Origin: Felis catus
Taxonomy: Eukaryota
DNA: 64,000 nucleotides
Assembly (NCBI RefSeq): GCF_018350175.1
Contig: NC_058374.1
Location: forward strand, 45,446,001-45,510,000
Direction of reading: 5' to 3'
The translations under genes and the position numbers were made by a program. The notes under the pieces were generated by a model. That model was not told the DNA's origin. It saw only the letters and a list, made by a program, of their open reading frames with translations, and ran no database searches. How positions within the stretch are numbered: the stretch's first letter is position 1; each line of letters begins with the position of its first letter. Shown here piece by piece: positions 48,355-60,063 of the stretch.

Positions 48355-48789
48355 GCCCGCTGATAGTCAAGCTCTCTCTTCAATACTCCTCTGATTTGTG
48401 AATTAAGTGTTATGGATTTATGGATCCAAAGCTTTAATGTTCAATAAGTTTCTTTTTCCTGTACTTTGATATCCACTGGCAAAGAGAAGATTGCCTCCAG
48501 GATGCTCCCAAAGTCTTAGTTATCTTTTGGAAAAACTACCTTTAGTCCTCTCAAGATCCGAGCTAGTGATTTTTCAAGGCAAATAGCATATTACCTGCTG
48601 CTGTCACACTGCTTGTAATTTGTATGCAAAGCTATTCATTAAGATTTGAATCCTGGTTTGTTAAAACACAAACCAGAGCTTGAGTTTTACATATTTTTTA
48701 CAACATCTTTTTTTCTTTTAAGATTCAGACGTTTTTGATTCACTCACCTCAGGTATGAGCGAGAAACCTGAAAACCCAATCTAAAAAAT

Positions 48790-49145
48790 ATGGTGACTCG
48801 GTCTGGGTGCTCTGAGAGGCAAGCAAACTACCAGGGGAAATGCCCCAGTGGGAAACGAAGGAGTGAGCAGGAGAAGGTTGGGGGAGTTGTTCTACTATAC
48901 GCAAGTCCGAGTTCTGTGGAAGAAGGAAGGAAAGGAGGTAGACCTTGGGTAGCGGAGCTATCCTAAGAGAGGTTCAAGAAAATCGGTGGGAATTTGCAAG
49001 TCCATGGCGCCCATCAGAGGTGGCCTGAGTCTCCCAGGAGTGGTCCTGCCATCGAATCTCTGCCCAGATCAATCGTGGGTGGCGAGCCGCTCATAGAAGA
49101 GGTTGGGGTGATGGGTTGCAGAGCACAGGGACACGAGCCTGCCAG
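48790..49145. mobile_element. MLT1-like (MaLR) LTR fragment
   Basis: gtctgggtgctctgagaggcaagc...gaaggagtgagcaggagaaggttggg pattern. Confidence 0.55.
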
Positions 49146-49146
49146 C

Positions 49147-49600
49147 TGTTGGGGAAATAGAATTAAAAGCAAAATCTCCTGCTAACGCAGAAAACCTCTC
49201 TGCCAAGGAAGTAGAGAAAGAAAAGAGTTTCATTATCGGACAAAGCATTAAACCAGAATCTGATGCATCATCTCACAGGAAATTTACAAAAACAGAAAGA
49301 AAGCTCACCCTTTTATATAGTGCAAACAGCTACAATCCGTTACATACATGTTCTCAAGGTAAACAATAACTAGTCCAGCAGTAGGAAACCTGGGCAGCCC
49401 TATTTAACACAGGTGGTTTGTCCTAAATTTACTTGGTATTGGGTTGACCATCTGTGTTAGTTAACGGGCTTTAGACAAAGGAAAAATAAATTCATATATT
49501 TATGACAGGAGGCAGCTTTGCAACGTGGAGTCAGGCACTAGCTGAAGTCGGGCTCTGGTCCTCTCATCGAAACTGGGAGATAGGGGTGCTTATTTCTAAT
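49147..49600 (-). mobile_element. ERV1-class LTR fragment
   Basis: Begins tgttggggaaatagaattaaaagcaaaatctcctgc; minus-strand TATATAAAA at 49311-49319. Confidence 0.6.
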
Positions 49601-49929
49601 AGGGAGAATTAAGCCACTTGTTTTCATTTGTATTTGCCCTTACGTAGCTGGTTAGGTTCCCCTGAGTCAGATTGTTTAGAGGCACATTTTCCTAACCACC
49701 ACAGGCAGCAAGTATCTTAATTTACAAAGTTTACCTTCACCTACTCACTTCACCAATACATATTATGTATAGATTACTCAAAGTTTACGTAAATACAGAA
49801 AATCTGCCGTCCAAAGTTACACCAGGATTTCTCGGAGTCTAGGGCAGCTGTGAAACGTGGCTGCAAGTGCTTTAACTCTCTCCTTTGACTGAGATCTGGG
49901 GTCTGCCATCCCTCTCCTTGAAGCGGAGT

Positions 49930-50680
49930 GGGCTTGTGACTGCCTCGCCCAATATATTATAGGGGAAATGACATTATAGGAGCTCTCAGGCTGTCCTAAA
50001 AAAGAAGCCATGCAGTTTTCGCTTTAATCACTAGAACATTTTCTCTGAGAGTCCTGAGGGGTCTGTCGGAAGTTTGACGAATCTGAGACGAGTCTGCGGG
50101 GAGGAAACCCAACCCACATGAACAGGATCATGTAGGTAATCTGGTTAAACACTCAAACTGAGCCCAGATTTTTAATCACGCCACTGCAGTGACAGATCTG
50201 TGAGTGAAGAATCTGCTTGGCGATTCCAGACTCTTCCATTTGAGCCACATTCAGCTGCTGGAGTCTTCTGAGGTTGAAGCCCCAGACATTTTGGAGCAGA
50301 GATAGGCTGTCCTGCTGTGTCCTGTCTAAATTCCTGACTCACAGCATCTGGGAGCATAATAAGATAGTTGTTGTTTTGTACCACTAAATTTTGGATATTT
50401 TATTATTTATTTATATTTTATTTTATTTTTTTCATGTTTATTTATTTTGGGAGAGAGAGACAGAGTGTGAGTGGGAGAGGGACAGAGAGGGAGGGAGACC
50501 CAGAATCCGAAGCAGGCTCCAGGCTCCGAGCTGTCAGCACAGAGCCCGGTGCAGGGTTTGAACCCACGAACCGCGGGATCATGACCTGAGCTGGAGCCGG
50601 ATGCTTAACCGACTGAGCCACCCAGGTGCCCCAAGAATTTTGGATATTTTAAAGGGCAATATGTATCCAGAACAAAATGA
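49930..50680 (+). mobile_element. MLT1-like LTR interrupted by a SINE
   Basis: gaagccccagacattttggagcagagatagg...aattcctgactcacag...gttgttttgtaccactaaattttgg is a typical MLT1 3' end. Confidence 0.65.
50403..50632 (-). mobile_element. CAN-SINE
   Basis: TSD aattttggatatttta. Confidence 0.92.
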
Positions 50681-50769
50681 CTTAGCATATAGATAGAAAA
50701 AGTCTTTTATTTTTCCAGCTGCCCATCTGTCTCTATCCCCCAACACAAATAACGTAACTTTTGTTAGAC

Positions 50770-51840
50770 AAAATTACAATACTTAAAAGATAGGCAAAGG
50801 ATTTGAACAGACATTTCTACAAGGAAGACATACAAATGATCAATAGCACATGAGTAAATACTATACGTTACTTGTCATCAGGGAAATACAAATTCAAACC
50901 ATAATGACCAGAATTCAAAAGTCAAGTAATAGCGAGTGTTGGCCAGAATGTGGAGAGATAAGAACCTCATATATTGAGAGTATAAAATAGTCCTACTGCT
51001 TTGGAAGACAGTCTAGCAGTTCCTCAAGAGATTAAACACAGAGTTACCATGACCCAGGAATTCCATACCTAGGTATAAACCCAGGAGAAATAAAACACAT
51101 GTTCACACAAACACTTGTGTATGAATTTAAAAAAAAAATTTTTTTTTTCATGTCTATTTATTTTTGACAGAGAAAGACAAAGCATGAGCAGGGGAGGGTC
51201 AGGCAGAGAGGCACAACGAGAATTCCAAACAGTCTCTGTCCTGTCAACACCGAGCTTGATGCGGGCTCGAAGCCACGAACTGTGAGATCATGACCTGAGC
51301 CGAGATCGAGAGTCAGATGCTGAACCGACTGAGCCACCCAGGCGCCCTTGTGTTATGAATTTTTATAGCAGCATTATTTGTAGTAGCCAAATGATGGAAA
51401 CAGCTCAAAATGTTCAGCAAGGGACGAATGCATAAACCAGATGTGCTCTATCCATATAATGGAGTATTGTTCGGCCATACAAAGGGGCAGAGTACTGATA
51501 CATGATGAACCTTGAGAGCATTATGCTAAGTGGAAGAAACCAGTCACGACAGACCACATATTATATGATTCTAATACGAACTAAGTTTAAAATAGGAAAA
51601 TCTATAGTTACAGGGAATAGATTCGTGGTTGCTTAGAGCTGGGGTGGGGTGGGTGTGGGATGATGAAGAGGCAGGGAGATGATGGCTAAAGGGTACAGGT
51701 CTTTGTGAGGTGAAAAAATGTTCTAAAATTGACTGGTGAGGGTTGCACGTATCTGTGAGACTCCTAAAACCTTTCAAATGTACACTTAAATGAGTGAGTT
51801 GTATGGCATGTGAATTATATTTCAACGAAACTGTTTAAGA
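50770..51840 (+). mobile_element. L1 (L1MB/MC-like) ORF2 end/3'UTR
   Basis: ggcaaaggatttgaacagacatttc, agagttaccatgacccagg, attatgctaagtggaagaaaccagtcac. Confidence 0.75.
51129..51347 (-). mobile_element. CAN-SINE
   Basis: TSD tgtgt(t)atgaattt. Confidence 0.9.
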
Positions 51841-51852
51841 AAAAAAGATACA

Positions 51853-52065
51853 GGAGCGCCTGGGTGGCTCAGTTGGTTATGCGTGTCCGACTTAGGCTCA
51901 GGTCATGATCTCATGGTTTTTGGGTTCGAGCCCCGCGTCAGGCTCTGTGCTGGCAGCTCAGAGCCTGCAGCCTGCTTCAGATTTTGTGTGTGTGTGTCTC
52001 TCTTTGCTCCTCCCCTGCTCACACTCTGTCTCTCTCTCTCTCTCAAAACTAAATAAAAGATTTTA
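51853..52065 (+). mobile_element. CAN-SINE
   Basis: Full body; first of a tandem pair. Confidence 0.9.
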
Positions 52066-52077
52066 AAAAAGGATATA

Positions 52078-52281
52078 GGGGTACCTGGTGGGGCTCAGTC
52101 GGTTGAGTGTCCAACTCCTGATTTCTGCTGCGGTCATGATCTCACAGCTCATGAGATTGAACCCAGTGTTGGACTCTGTGCTGAGTGCAGAGAGTGCTTC
52201 GGATTCTCTCTCTCCCTCTCTCTCTCTGCCCCTTCCCTGCTCTCTCTCTCTCTCAAAAATAAATAAACATTAAAAAAAAAA
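52078..52281 (+). mobile_element. CAN-SINE, older
   Basis: Full body; second of a tandem pair. Confidence 0.88.
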
Positions 52282-52504
52282 AAGGTATATAAGATGTTTT
52301 CCTTATAAACCATGAGTATAATATCTGTGTATATTTTTCATAACTTTCTTCTACATTGGAGTGATCCTATTTGCTTAGTTATGTTTAATTCTGATCTATA
52401 AATAAAAATTCTTTATTTCTGGGTTATAAATAAAAATATCAAAAACCATATTAATTTCACTTTTGCTGACTCTATTATGAAGGAGCTTTTTACTGCTCAT
52501 ATGA

Positions 52505-52875
52505 AGCATGATAGGATAGGCTATGATGTAACATCCAAAATGTCAGTTTCGTACAAGTTTCATTTCTGGGTTCACATTCCATAACCAATTTAGTTTAAAA
52601 TTGCAGGGTGGAGTAGGGGAAGTTCTCCTCCATGTAATCTCCCAGAAATGCAGGCTACTGGAATGTAACACCCAACATTTGGCCTTCAAATTACTTTCCT
52701 GGGAAAGAGAGGGACAAGGAAGTTCATGCTCAAACTGTTAAATAAATCAGTACCAAAGTGACACATAAGTTTGCTTCAAGCCCATTGGCCTGAACAAATC
52801 ACAAACCCCATACTAATTGCAAGGGCCTGGGAAATCTGAGATAGCTCAGAGATGTTCAATGTCTCTTCCACGGTT
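52505..52875. mobile_element. Old MLT1-like LTR
   Basis: ataggctatgatgtaacatccaaaat...cccattggcctgaacaaatcaca...aattgcaagggcctgggaaat. Confidence 0.55.
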
Positions 52876-53239
52876 CACACTTGTAGTCATAAAATACAAT
52901 CTCACTCCCTCCTCATTGGTGTAGAACACATTTAACTCCTCTCCCCAAGAAAGATAACCCAAAGACCAAAGCTCAAATACCTACAGCTCAAATTCTAACA
53001 TCTCTGGTCTGGACTTGGCACCTTTTGACATAGAGATTTGTAAAGTAAAACAACAGATAACTTGTTCTTATCCACTCTCCCCCCTACACATCCAGTGCTC
53101 AATAGTGACGTAGGGACAGGTTAGCTGAAAATAAACAAGCATCTTTATTCATTGTGCCTTATTGTTCTCAGACATGTTCATTTCTTTGTTTTGTTTTCCT
53201 AATACATTCCTCTAATAGAGACGATCTTAATGGTCATCT

Positions 53240-53317
53240 GGGAATCAAATCATGAGATCATGACCTGATTACAAATCAAGAGTTGGAGACTTAACTGACT
53301 GAACCACCCAGGTGCCC
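53240..53317 (-). mobile_element. CAN-SINE head fragment
   Basis: gagatcatgacctga...gaaccacccaggtgccc. Confidence 0.75.
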
Positions 53318-53349
53318 TTCTTATTAAAGAGTTTTAAGAACTCTTTATA

Positions 53350-53750
53350 GACATGCCTGGGTGGCTCAGTCAGTTAAGCCTCCAACTCTTTTTTTTTGGT
53401 AAGTTTTATTTATTTATTTGTTTTGAGAGAAAATCCCAAGCAGGTTCTGCACTATCAGCGCAGAGCCCAACTCAGAGCTCAATCCCAAGAACCATGAGAT
53501 CACGACCTGAGCCGAAATCAAGAGTCGGACGCTAAACGGACTGAGCCACCCAGGTGCCCCAAGCCTCCAACTCTTGATCTCGGCTCAGGTCATGATCTCG
53601 CAGTTAGTGAGTTCAAGCCCGGAGTTGGGCTCCTCAATGTTAGCATAGGGCCTGCTTGAGAGTCTCTTTCTCTATCTCTGCCCTTCCCCCTCCTCCGCTT
53701 TCTCTAGCATGCACACACTCTGTCAAAATAAATAAACACACAAAAAATGT
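53350..53750 (+). mobile_element. CAN-SINE split by a nested antisense SINE
   Basis: Head 53350-53390, remainder from 53561. Confidence 0.88.
53391..53560 (-). mobile_element. Nested CAN-SINE
   Basis: Perfect TSD aagcctccaactctt (53376-53390, 53561-53575). Confidence 0.92.
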
Positions 53751-53841
53751 TTTTAAAAATTCTTTACATATTTTAGATAGCAGTGAATTGTGAATATAGA
53801 TTCCTATTTTTGGCTTGCCTCTTTATTCTCTTAACAACGTC

Positions 53842-53975
53842 ATTTATTTTTTAATTTTTAATTTTTTTTAAGTTTATTTATTTTGAGAGAGTGTGTGAAC
53901 AGGGGAGGGGCAGAGAAAGAAGGAGAGAGGGAATCCCAAGCAGGCTCTGCACTGTCAGCACAGAGCCCGAAACAG
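53842..53975 (-). mobile_element. 5'-truncated CAN-SINE
   Basis: Tail and body only. Confidence 0.8.
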
Positions 53976-54457
53976 GGTTTCTATAATCCAGATTCTATAA
54001 TCCAGTTAGAGTACACTTTTGTACGTGTTGCAAGGTGTAGTTGTTTGTTTTTTTATCTTTTGCATATGGATATTTAATTGTTCTTATACGTTAGTTGAAA
54101 AGAAAATCTTTCTTCACTGAATTGTCTTTTTACATTTGTTGAAAATGAATTGTTAATACATGTAAGTCTCTTTCTTAGCTGTCTATTCTGTTCTATTCTG
54201 TTTGTGTATTTTTACACCAATACCACATTGTCTCAATCTGTGTAGATTTGTAAGTCTTGACATCAGGTAGAGTAAGTCTTCCAGATTTGTTTTACCTTTT
54301 CTTTTGTTTGTTGGTTTGTGTTTGTTATTCTGTTTCTTTGCATTCCCATATATTTTTTAGAACTAGCATGTTAATTTCTACAAAAAAAGTCTGCTGGAAT
54401 TTTATCGGGATTGCACTGAATCAATTTAAGCAAAAATGACATCTGAAAAAATACTGT

Positions 54458-54672
54458 GGGGGCACCTGGTGGCTCAGTTAAGCATCTGACTTCGGCTCAG
54501 GTCATGATCTCATGGTTTGTGAGTTCAAGCCCCGTGTCAGGCTCTGTGCTGACAGCTCGGAGCCTAGAGCCTGCTTCGGATTCTGTGTCTCTGTCTCTCT
54601 TTGCCCCTCCCCCATTTGTGCTCTGTCTGTCTCTATCAAAAATAAATAAAATGTAAAAAAAAAATTTTTTTT
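54458..54672 (+). mobile_element. CAN-SINE
   Basis: TSD aaatactgtg. Confidence 0.92.
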
Positions 54673-55237
54673 AAATACTGTGTTTTCCAATGATGAATAA
54701 TATATAGCTTTTAATTTACTTGAATGTATTGTAATTTTCAGTGTACATATTTTTTAACACTTTTTATTATGTTTGTCTTTAAGTATTTCATATTTTTATG
54801 ATATTGCAAATGATAGTTTTTTTTTTATTTCACTTTCTGATTGTTGTTGCTGGTATATAGAAATATAATTATTTTTACGTGTTGATCCTTTATCCTACAA
54901 CCTTGTCACACTCACTTATTAGTTTTAGTAGTTTTTTTATTTTGAGGTCTTTTTGTTTTTTTGTTTTGCAGATTCCATGGAATCTTCTACTAGATGGTCA
55001 TGTCATCTGTAAGTAAAGACAGTTTTATTTCCTCTTGTAGAATATGGATTCCTTCTTTTTTTTCCTTGCCTTATTGCACTGGCTACAACCTTCAGTATCA
55101 TGTTAATTAGAAGTATTGACAGTGAATTTTCTTGCTTTGTTTGGATATTAGGACAACGTGGTCAGTTCTCCTCTATTAAATATGCATTTAGCTCTGGCTT
55201 TTTCTTTGGTGCTCTGTATCAAGTTTAGAAATGTCTT

Positions 55238-55464
55238 GGGGCGCCTGGGTGGCGCAGTCGGTTAAGCGTCCGACTTCAGCCAGGTCATGATCTCGCGGTC
55301 CGTGAGTTCGAGCCCCGCGTTGGGCTCTGGGCTGATGGCTCAGAGCCTGGAGCCTGTTTCCGATTCTGTGTCTCCCTCTCTCTCTGCCCCTCCCCCGTTC
55401 ATGCTCTGTCTCTCTCTGTCCCAAAAATAAATAAACGTTGAAAAAAAAATTAAAAAAAAAAAAA
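55238..55464 (+). mobile_element. Young SINEC_Fc
   Basis: TSD agaaatgtct. Confidence 0.94.
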
Positions 55465-55881
55465 AGAAATGTCTCATCTCGTCCTAGTTTACTGGGAGGT
55501 TTTTATCAATAGAACTTGGGTTTTATCAAATGATTTTTTTGCCCTATTGAGATAACCATGTGATTTTTCTTCTTTAATCTTTTGTATGATGACATACATT
55601 GACTTTTCTAATATTAAACTAACTTTACATCTTTTGATAAACTCTACTGTGTATTGATATATTATCCTTTTTATATGCTGATGTATTTGATTTACTTTTT
55701 GTTGAGGATTTTTGCATCTATGTCCATAAGTAACTGTTGTCTATAATTTCTTTCTGGTGATATCTATGTCTGGTTTGTTTGTTTTTTAATGGTAATGTTG
55801 GCCTCATAAAGTGAGTTGGGAAATACTTCCTTGTATTCTATTTTCAGGAAGATATTGTGCAGAATTATTATTATCCTTTTT

Positions 55882-56097
55882 CTAATTTTTTTTTCAACAT
55901 TTATTTATTTTTGGGACAGAGAGAGACAGAGCGTGAACGGGGGAGGGGCAGAGAGAGAGGGAGACACAGAATCGGAAACAGGCTCCAGGCTTCGAGCCAT
56001 CAGCCCAGAGCCCAACGCGGGGCTCGAACTCCCGGACTGTGAGATCGTGACCTGGCTGAAGTCGGACGCTTAACCGACTGCGCCACCCAGGCGCCCC
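55882..56097 (-). mobile_element. Young SINEC_Fc
   Basis: TSD tattatccttttt. Confidence 0.94.
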
Positions 56098-57399
56098 TAT
56101 TATCCTTTTTCAAATATTTGGCAGACTTTGCAAGTGAAATCATCTGGGCTTGGAATTTTCTATTTTAAAAGATTTTAAATTATAAGTTTAACTTCTTTAA
56201 TAAATGTCTTTTCAGGTTATCTATTTTTTCTTGAGTGAGTTTTCATATTTTATAGAGCTCAAGGAATTGACCCATTTCATTTAGGTTGTCAAATAATGGG
56301 CAAGAGTTGTTTGTAGTATTACTGTTTAATGTCAGTAGTCTGAGGATATCTTCTTTAATTCCTAATATTGATAATTTGTGTCTCCTTTTTTCTTTATCAA
56401 TCTAGCTAGTATTTTATGAATTATATTGATATTTTCTAAAAAACTAAGTTTTTGTTTTATTGGGTTTTTTCCTTTTGTTTTACTGTTTTCAATTCCATTG
56501 ATTTCTGAACTTTTAAAAAATTATTACCATTTCCTACCTCAGCTTTCTTTGGGCTTAATTTGCTCTTTTAATTTACTTGTTTTTTTAAGTTGTAATCTTA
56601 GCCTATTGGTATAAGACCTTTCATCTTCTCTAATATAAGAATTTTCTGCAATAAATTTCCCTCGAAGCACTAGTTTAACTGCAACCTTCTAATTTTGCTA
56701 TGTTTTTTTTTTTTTACTTCAAAATGTTCATAATTTCCCTTGAGTCTTTATCTTTGATGTATTTAGAAGCATGTTGTTCTATTTTAAATATTTATGGTAT
56801 CCAGATTCTTTTTGTCTTACTATTTTTTTCATTTAAATCTTATAGTCAAATAACATACTTTGTATAATTTTAATTATTTTATTTGCTTTTTAAGGCTTGT
56901 TTTACGAGCCAGAATATGTCTACCACGGTGAAGTTTCCATGTGCAAATGAAACATGCATTCTGCTGTTGTTGGAGAGAATATTTTATTAATGCCCATTAA
57001 ACCAAGTTAATAGTGGTGTTTCAGTCTTTAATGTCCTTACTAATTTTCTGTGTACCTACTCTGTTGATTACTGAATGAAGACTGTTGTGGTTTCCAAGTG
57101 GATTGTGGGTTTGCTTTTTTCTCCTTTCAGTGCTATCAATTCATACTTCATGTATTGTGTAATTCTCTAGCTACATGTGTACGTACTTAGGACGTTTATG
57201 TCTTCTCAGGAATTGACTTTTTGTCATTTTTTAAATATTCTATCTCTAGTATTTTTTTCTTGTTCGGAAGTCTGCATTATGTGATATTAGTACAGCTTCT
57301 TCAGTTTATCTTTATTGACGTTTTCATGGTGCCACCTTTTCCATGTTTTTATCGTCAACTTACGTATGTCAACTTATTTATATTAAAGTGAGGTTTTTT

Positions 57400-57490
57400 A
57401 TTTATTTATTTTTTTTTTTTCCCCAATATATGAAGTTTATTGTCAAATTGGTTTCCATACAACACCCAGTGCTCATCCCAAAAGGTGACC
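57400..57490 (-). mobile_element. 91-bp felid L1 3' end
   Basis: Minus strand ggtcaccttttgggatgagcactggg...poly-A; 16-bp TSD taaagtgaggtttttt (57384-57399, 57491-57506). Confidence 0.92.
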
Positions 57491-57984
57491 TAAAGTGAGG
57501 TTTTTTTAGACTGCACATAGTTGGATCTTGTTTTTTCTCTAGTCAATCTGACAATCTCTGTTTTCTTTCTTGGTTTGTTTAGACCATTTATATTAAATGT
57601 GTCAGTATATTAGTCTTTAAATATATCAATTTATTATTTTTTAGATTCATTCCCTCTGGGTTTGATTCCACTGGTCTTCATTTCCCGTCCTTTAAAAATA
57701 TTAATTGCTTTTAATCTGCCATTTTATCTATTAGCTTTTTGGTTTTAGAAATTGAGCACCCAGGCTGGTTTATGCAAACCAGCCCCACAGTCTTTTCCGT
57801 CCTCTATCTAGTTTGCATCTCCTGTGAGGGTTCCAGTCAGCGCTTCACCCAAGAGCCCATGGCGACTTACTACTGCCCCCTAGAGGACTGAGGAAGTCAC
57901 TAGCAGGAGCCAGGCCTGCTCTGCCAGGAAGTACTTTGTGTTAATGACCCCTCAGAGCATGAATATCTTGAGGTGAATCTGGAG

Positions 57985-58110
57985 TCGCTTAGTCTCTCAG
58001 CCTCTCCTTTCCTCACCAGAAAAAAAAAAATGGGGATAATAATGCCTCATACACAGGATTGTGGTGAGAACCAAACAAGATAGTAGCACATGTGAAACCT
58101 TATGCTTTGG
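57985..58110 (+). mobile_element. MIR
   Basis: aaaatggggataataatgcctcatacacaggattgtggtgagaaccaaa core. Confidence 0.65.
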
Positions 58111-59390
58111 GATATTCATAGTAGTAATAGGAGATAGAAGTAGTAATAGTTGTTGCTTTTTTACTATTACCTACAATTCTCCTTCAGGATCCTGCTGGGG
58201 TTAGGATACTGTTTGCAGGAAGATGCTCCCTTTGACTCAGAATAGCCAGCAGGCTCAAAGGGCTTTTGAGGAACTGAAGCCGTGGTTAGGGGCCTCCTGG
58301 ACTAACGCTTCATGACTCACCACGATACTTGGTCTGAAATTCAGTCCTGTGCTCGGACACAAAACAGCACGTTGAGGGTTCAGTAAAGCATTGTTTGGCT
58401 CTTGCCCAGATGACAAACCTGCAACCTTGTGCCAGGAGAGGAGTCACTTCAACCATCTAGTGAAACTAGAATTTCTCCCCTGCCCCCTCTGAAAGGTGGA
58501 TAAATGGTGCTTCTGGTAAGAAGTCCATGCAACACAATTTCACAAAGGACCTTTTCAATGTTTCCTTGCTTCTTCACTCCCAGTTTCTTCTTCTGGCATT
58601 CTCTCTAGGGGCATCTCATTGCATGGTCCAGGATTTTATTTTATTTTTTTTCTTACTTCTTTCTTACTTCTTTTCTTACTTCCCCGCCCCCCCCCCCCCC
58701 GCCGCCATTCTCTTCCTCCCAGTGCTCCTTCTGTTGGCTCTCCACTTATCAGATGCTAGGTTTGAGGTTCTTTACTGCATATGAATGAATGATAAAGCAC
58801 AGTAGCTAAAAGAGAGAGCAAATGATTTTGGCCTCATTGGCAGCATGCCCATAACCTGGTCACCTAGGCTAGGCAGCCACAATGACTGGGTATCTTTCAC
58901 TGTAACTCAAAAAGACCCTGGTTATATGCTCATCAGGTCTACATGGTTATAATGTTCTTTGGCGAGCAAGCCCCCAAATGTCTGGATTGTGCATTCTATG
59001 GGAGAGACTGAAAAGTCAGGTTCTAGACTTCATCCATTAAGTGAAAAAATGGAAGGAGTAGCCCATTTTAGAGTTGATTCCATTCTGGTTTGTGCACCTT
59101 GGGAATAGCTATTTTCCTAGCTCCTTGCCCCCTTTCGGCTTTTCTTTTTAGTTTTCGTGGACCTGGAAGGCTTATAGAGGGAATGTCCTTGGAATTTTTA
59201 TTCTGTTCCAGTCTGACCAGTTCACATATAAAGGCACAGTATTGAATTCTCCCTGACACCCTCAAAGAAAGGTGGTGTAGGGGGCTCTGAGCATACTCCT
59301 GGTTGTGAGATCTTCCAGACTTTCTGCACTTGGCAGTTTAGAGACTTGTGGTGAGAGCATATTCGATTCTATGTGTGCTTTTTGTTTCAG

Positions 59391-59462
59391 ATATACCTCT
59401 CTAAAAAAGATTAGCTTGGAATGGGAACAATATAAAGATGGTGAAGATATTATTGCAAGAAA
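59391..59462 (+). other. Candidate 72-bp exon upstream of the mucin-like repeat
   Basis: Acceptor tgctttttgtttcag at 59390, donor aaa|gtaatt at 59463; open in phase 2 (YTSLKKISLEWEQYKDGEDIIARK) and joins in frame to the first AG downstream (59552-59553). Confidence 0.4.
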
Positions 59463-59563
59463 GTAATTTGACCTGTTCTTTTTTTTTTTTTTTTTTTTTT
59501 GCTTATCTACACATAATCAACAACTAAATTACTGTCACTCAACAAATATCAAGATGTGAGAAC

Positions 59564-60063
59564 TTGAGCACAACCCCAGAATCGACCACTGCCCTAGGGC
59601 CCACCACCACCACAAGGCCAACTACTACCCGAGGACCAACTACAGACCCAGGGCTGTCCACCAGCCCAGAGTTCACCAACACTTCACAGACAACCAATGG
59701 CCATGAGTCAACCTTCCTAGAGTTGACAAATGCCCTATAGTTGACCACTGCCTTAGAACTGACCCCTGCCCTTCCTAGTTGGTCATGGATCTAGAGCTGA
59801 CCAACCCCCCTTAAGATGACCACATGTCAGAGTCCACCACTGTCCTGCAGTCAACCACTGCCCCCGTATGCACCACTTCTCGAGAGTCAACCACGGCCCT
59901 AAAGTCGACCACTTCTCTAGACTCAACCACTGCTCCAGAGTTGACCACTACCCTGGCACCAGCCACGGTTCTTCAGTTGACCAATGCTCCTGAGTCAACC
60001 ACCACCCATGAATTGACCACTTCCCCTGAGTCCACCACTTGTCTAGAGTCCACCACCATCCCA
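59564..60063 (+). repeat. Degenerate 18-bp tandem repeat (~28 units, consensus GAG TYR ACC ACT GCC CTA) with mucin-like PTS coding potential
   Basis: In register it reads ESTTAL/ELTTAP-type hexapeptides. Two in-register TAG codons (59738-59740, 59776-59778) and small indels in 59770-59830 shift the frame. Confidence 0.9.

Larger units (their letters stand above)
53990..57700 (-). mobile_element. Old L1 ORF2 region with three SINEs and a short L1 inserted
   Basis: Antisense L1 ORF2 motifs (cattgacttttctaatattaaac, aatgttggcctcataaagtgagttggg, catgcattctgctgttgttgg). Confidence 0.75.

Noticed and set aside
3012-48394. Plus-strand ORFs over TAS2R genes (3012-3428, 3561-3908, 11435-11851, 26059-26424, 48122-48394 and others)
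   Set aside because: Antisense shadows of the receptor CDSs with no independent homology or motifs.
58188-58515. Acceptor/donor-bounded segment with ILLGLGYCLQED and QRAFEELK snippets in different frames
   Set aside because: Stops in all frames and matches too short to assign to either a secreted-protein exon or a retroelement pol remnant without a search.
58527-58784. ORF with signal-peptide-like LLLHSQFLLLAFSLGASHC as exon 1 of the mucin-like gene
   Set aside because: No GT donor after the hydrophobic stretch, and it runs into T-rich low-complexity sequence that mimics hydrophobic peptides.
59564-60063. 18-bp repeat considered as a CRISPR-like array
   Set aside because: Contiguous degenerate units with no unique spacers, in mammalian DNA with no cas genes.
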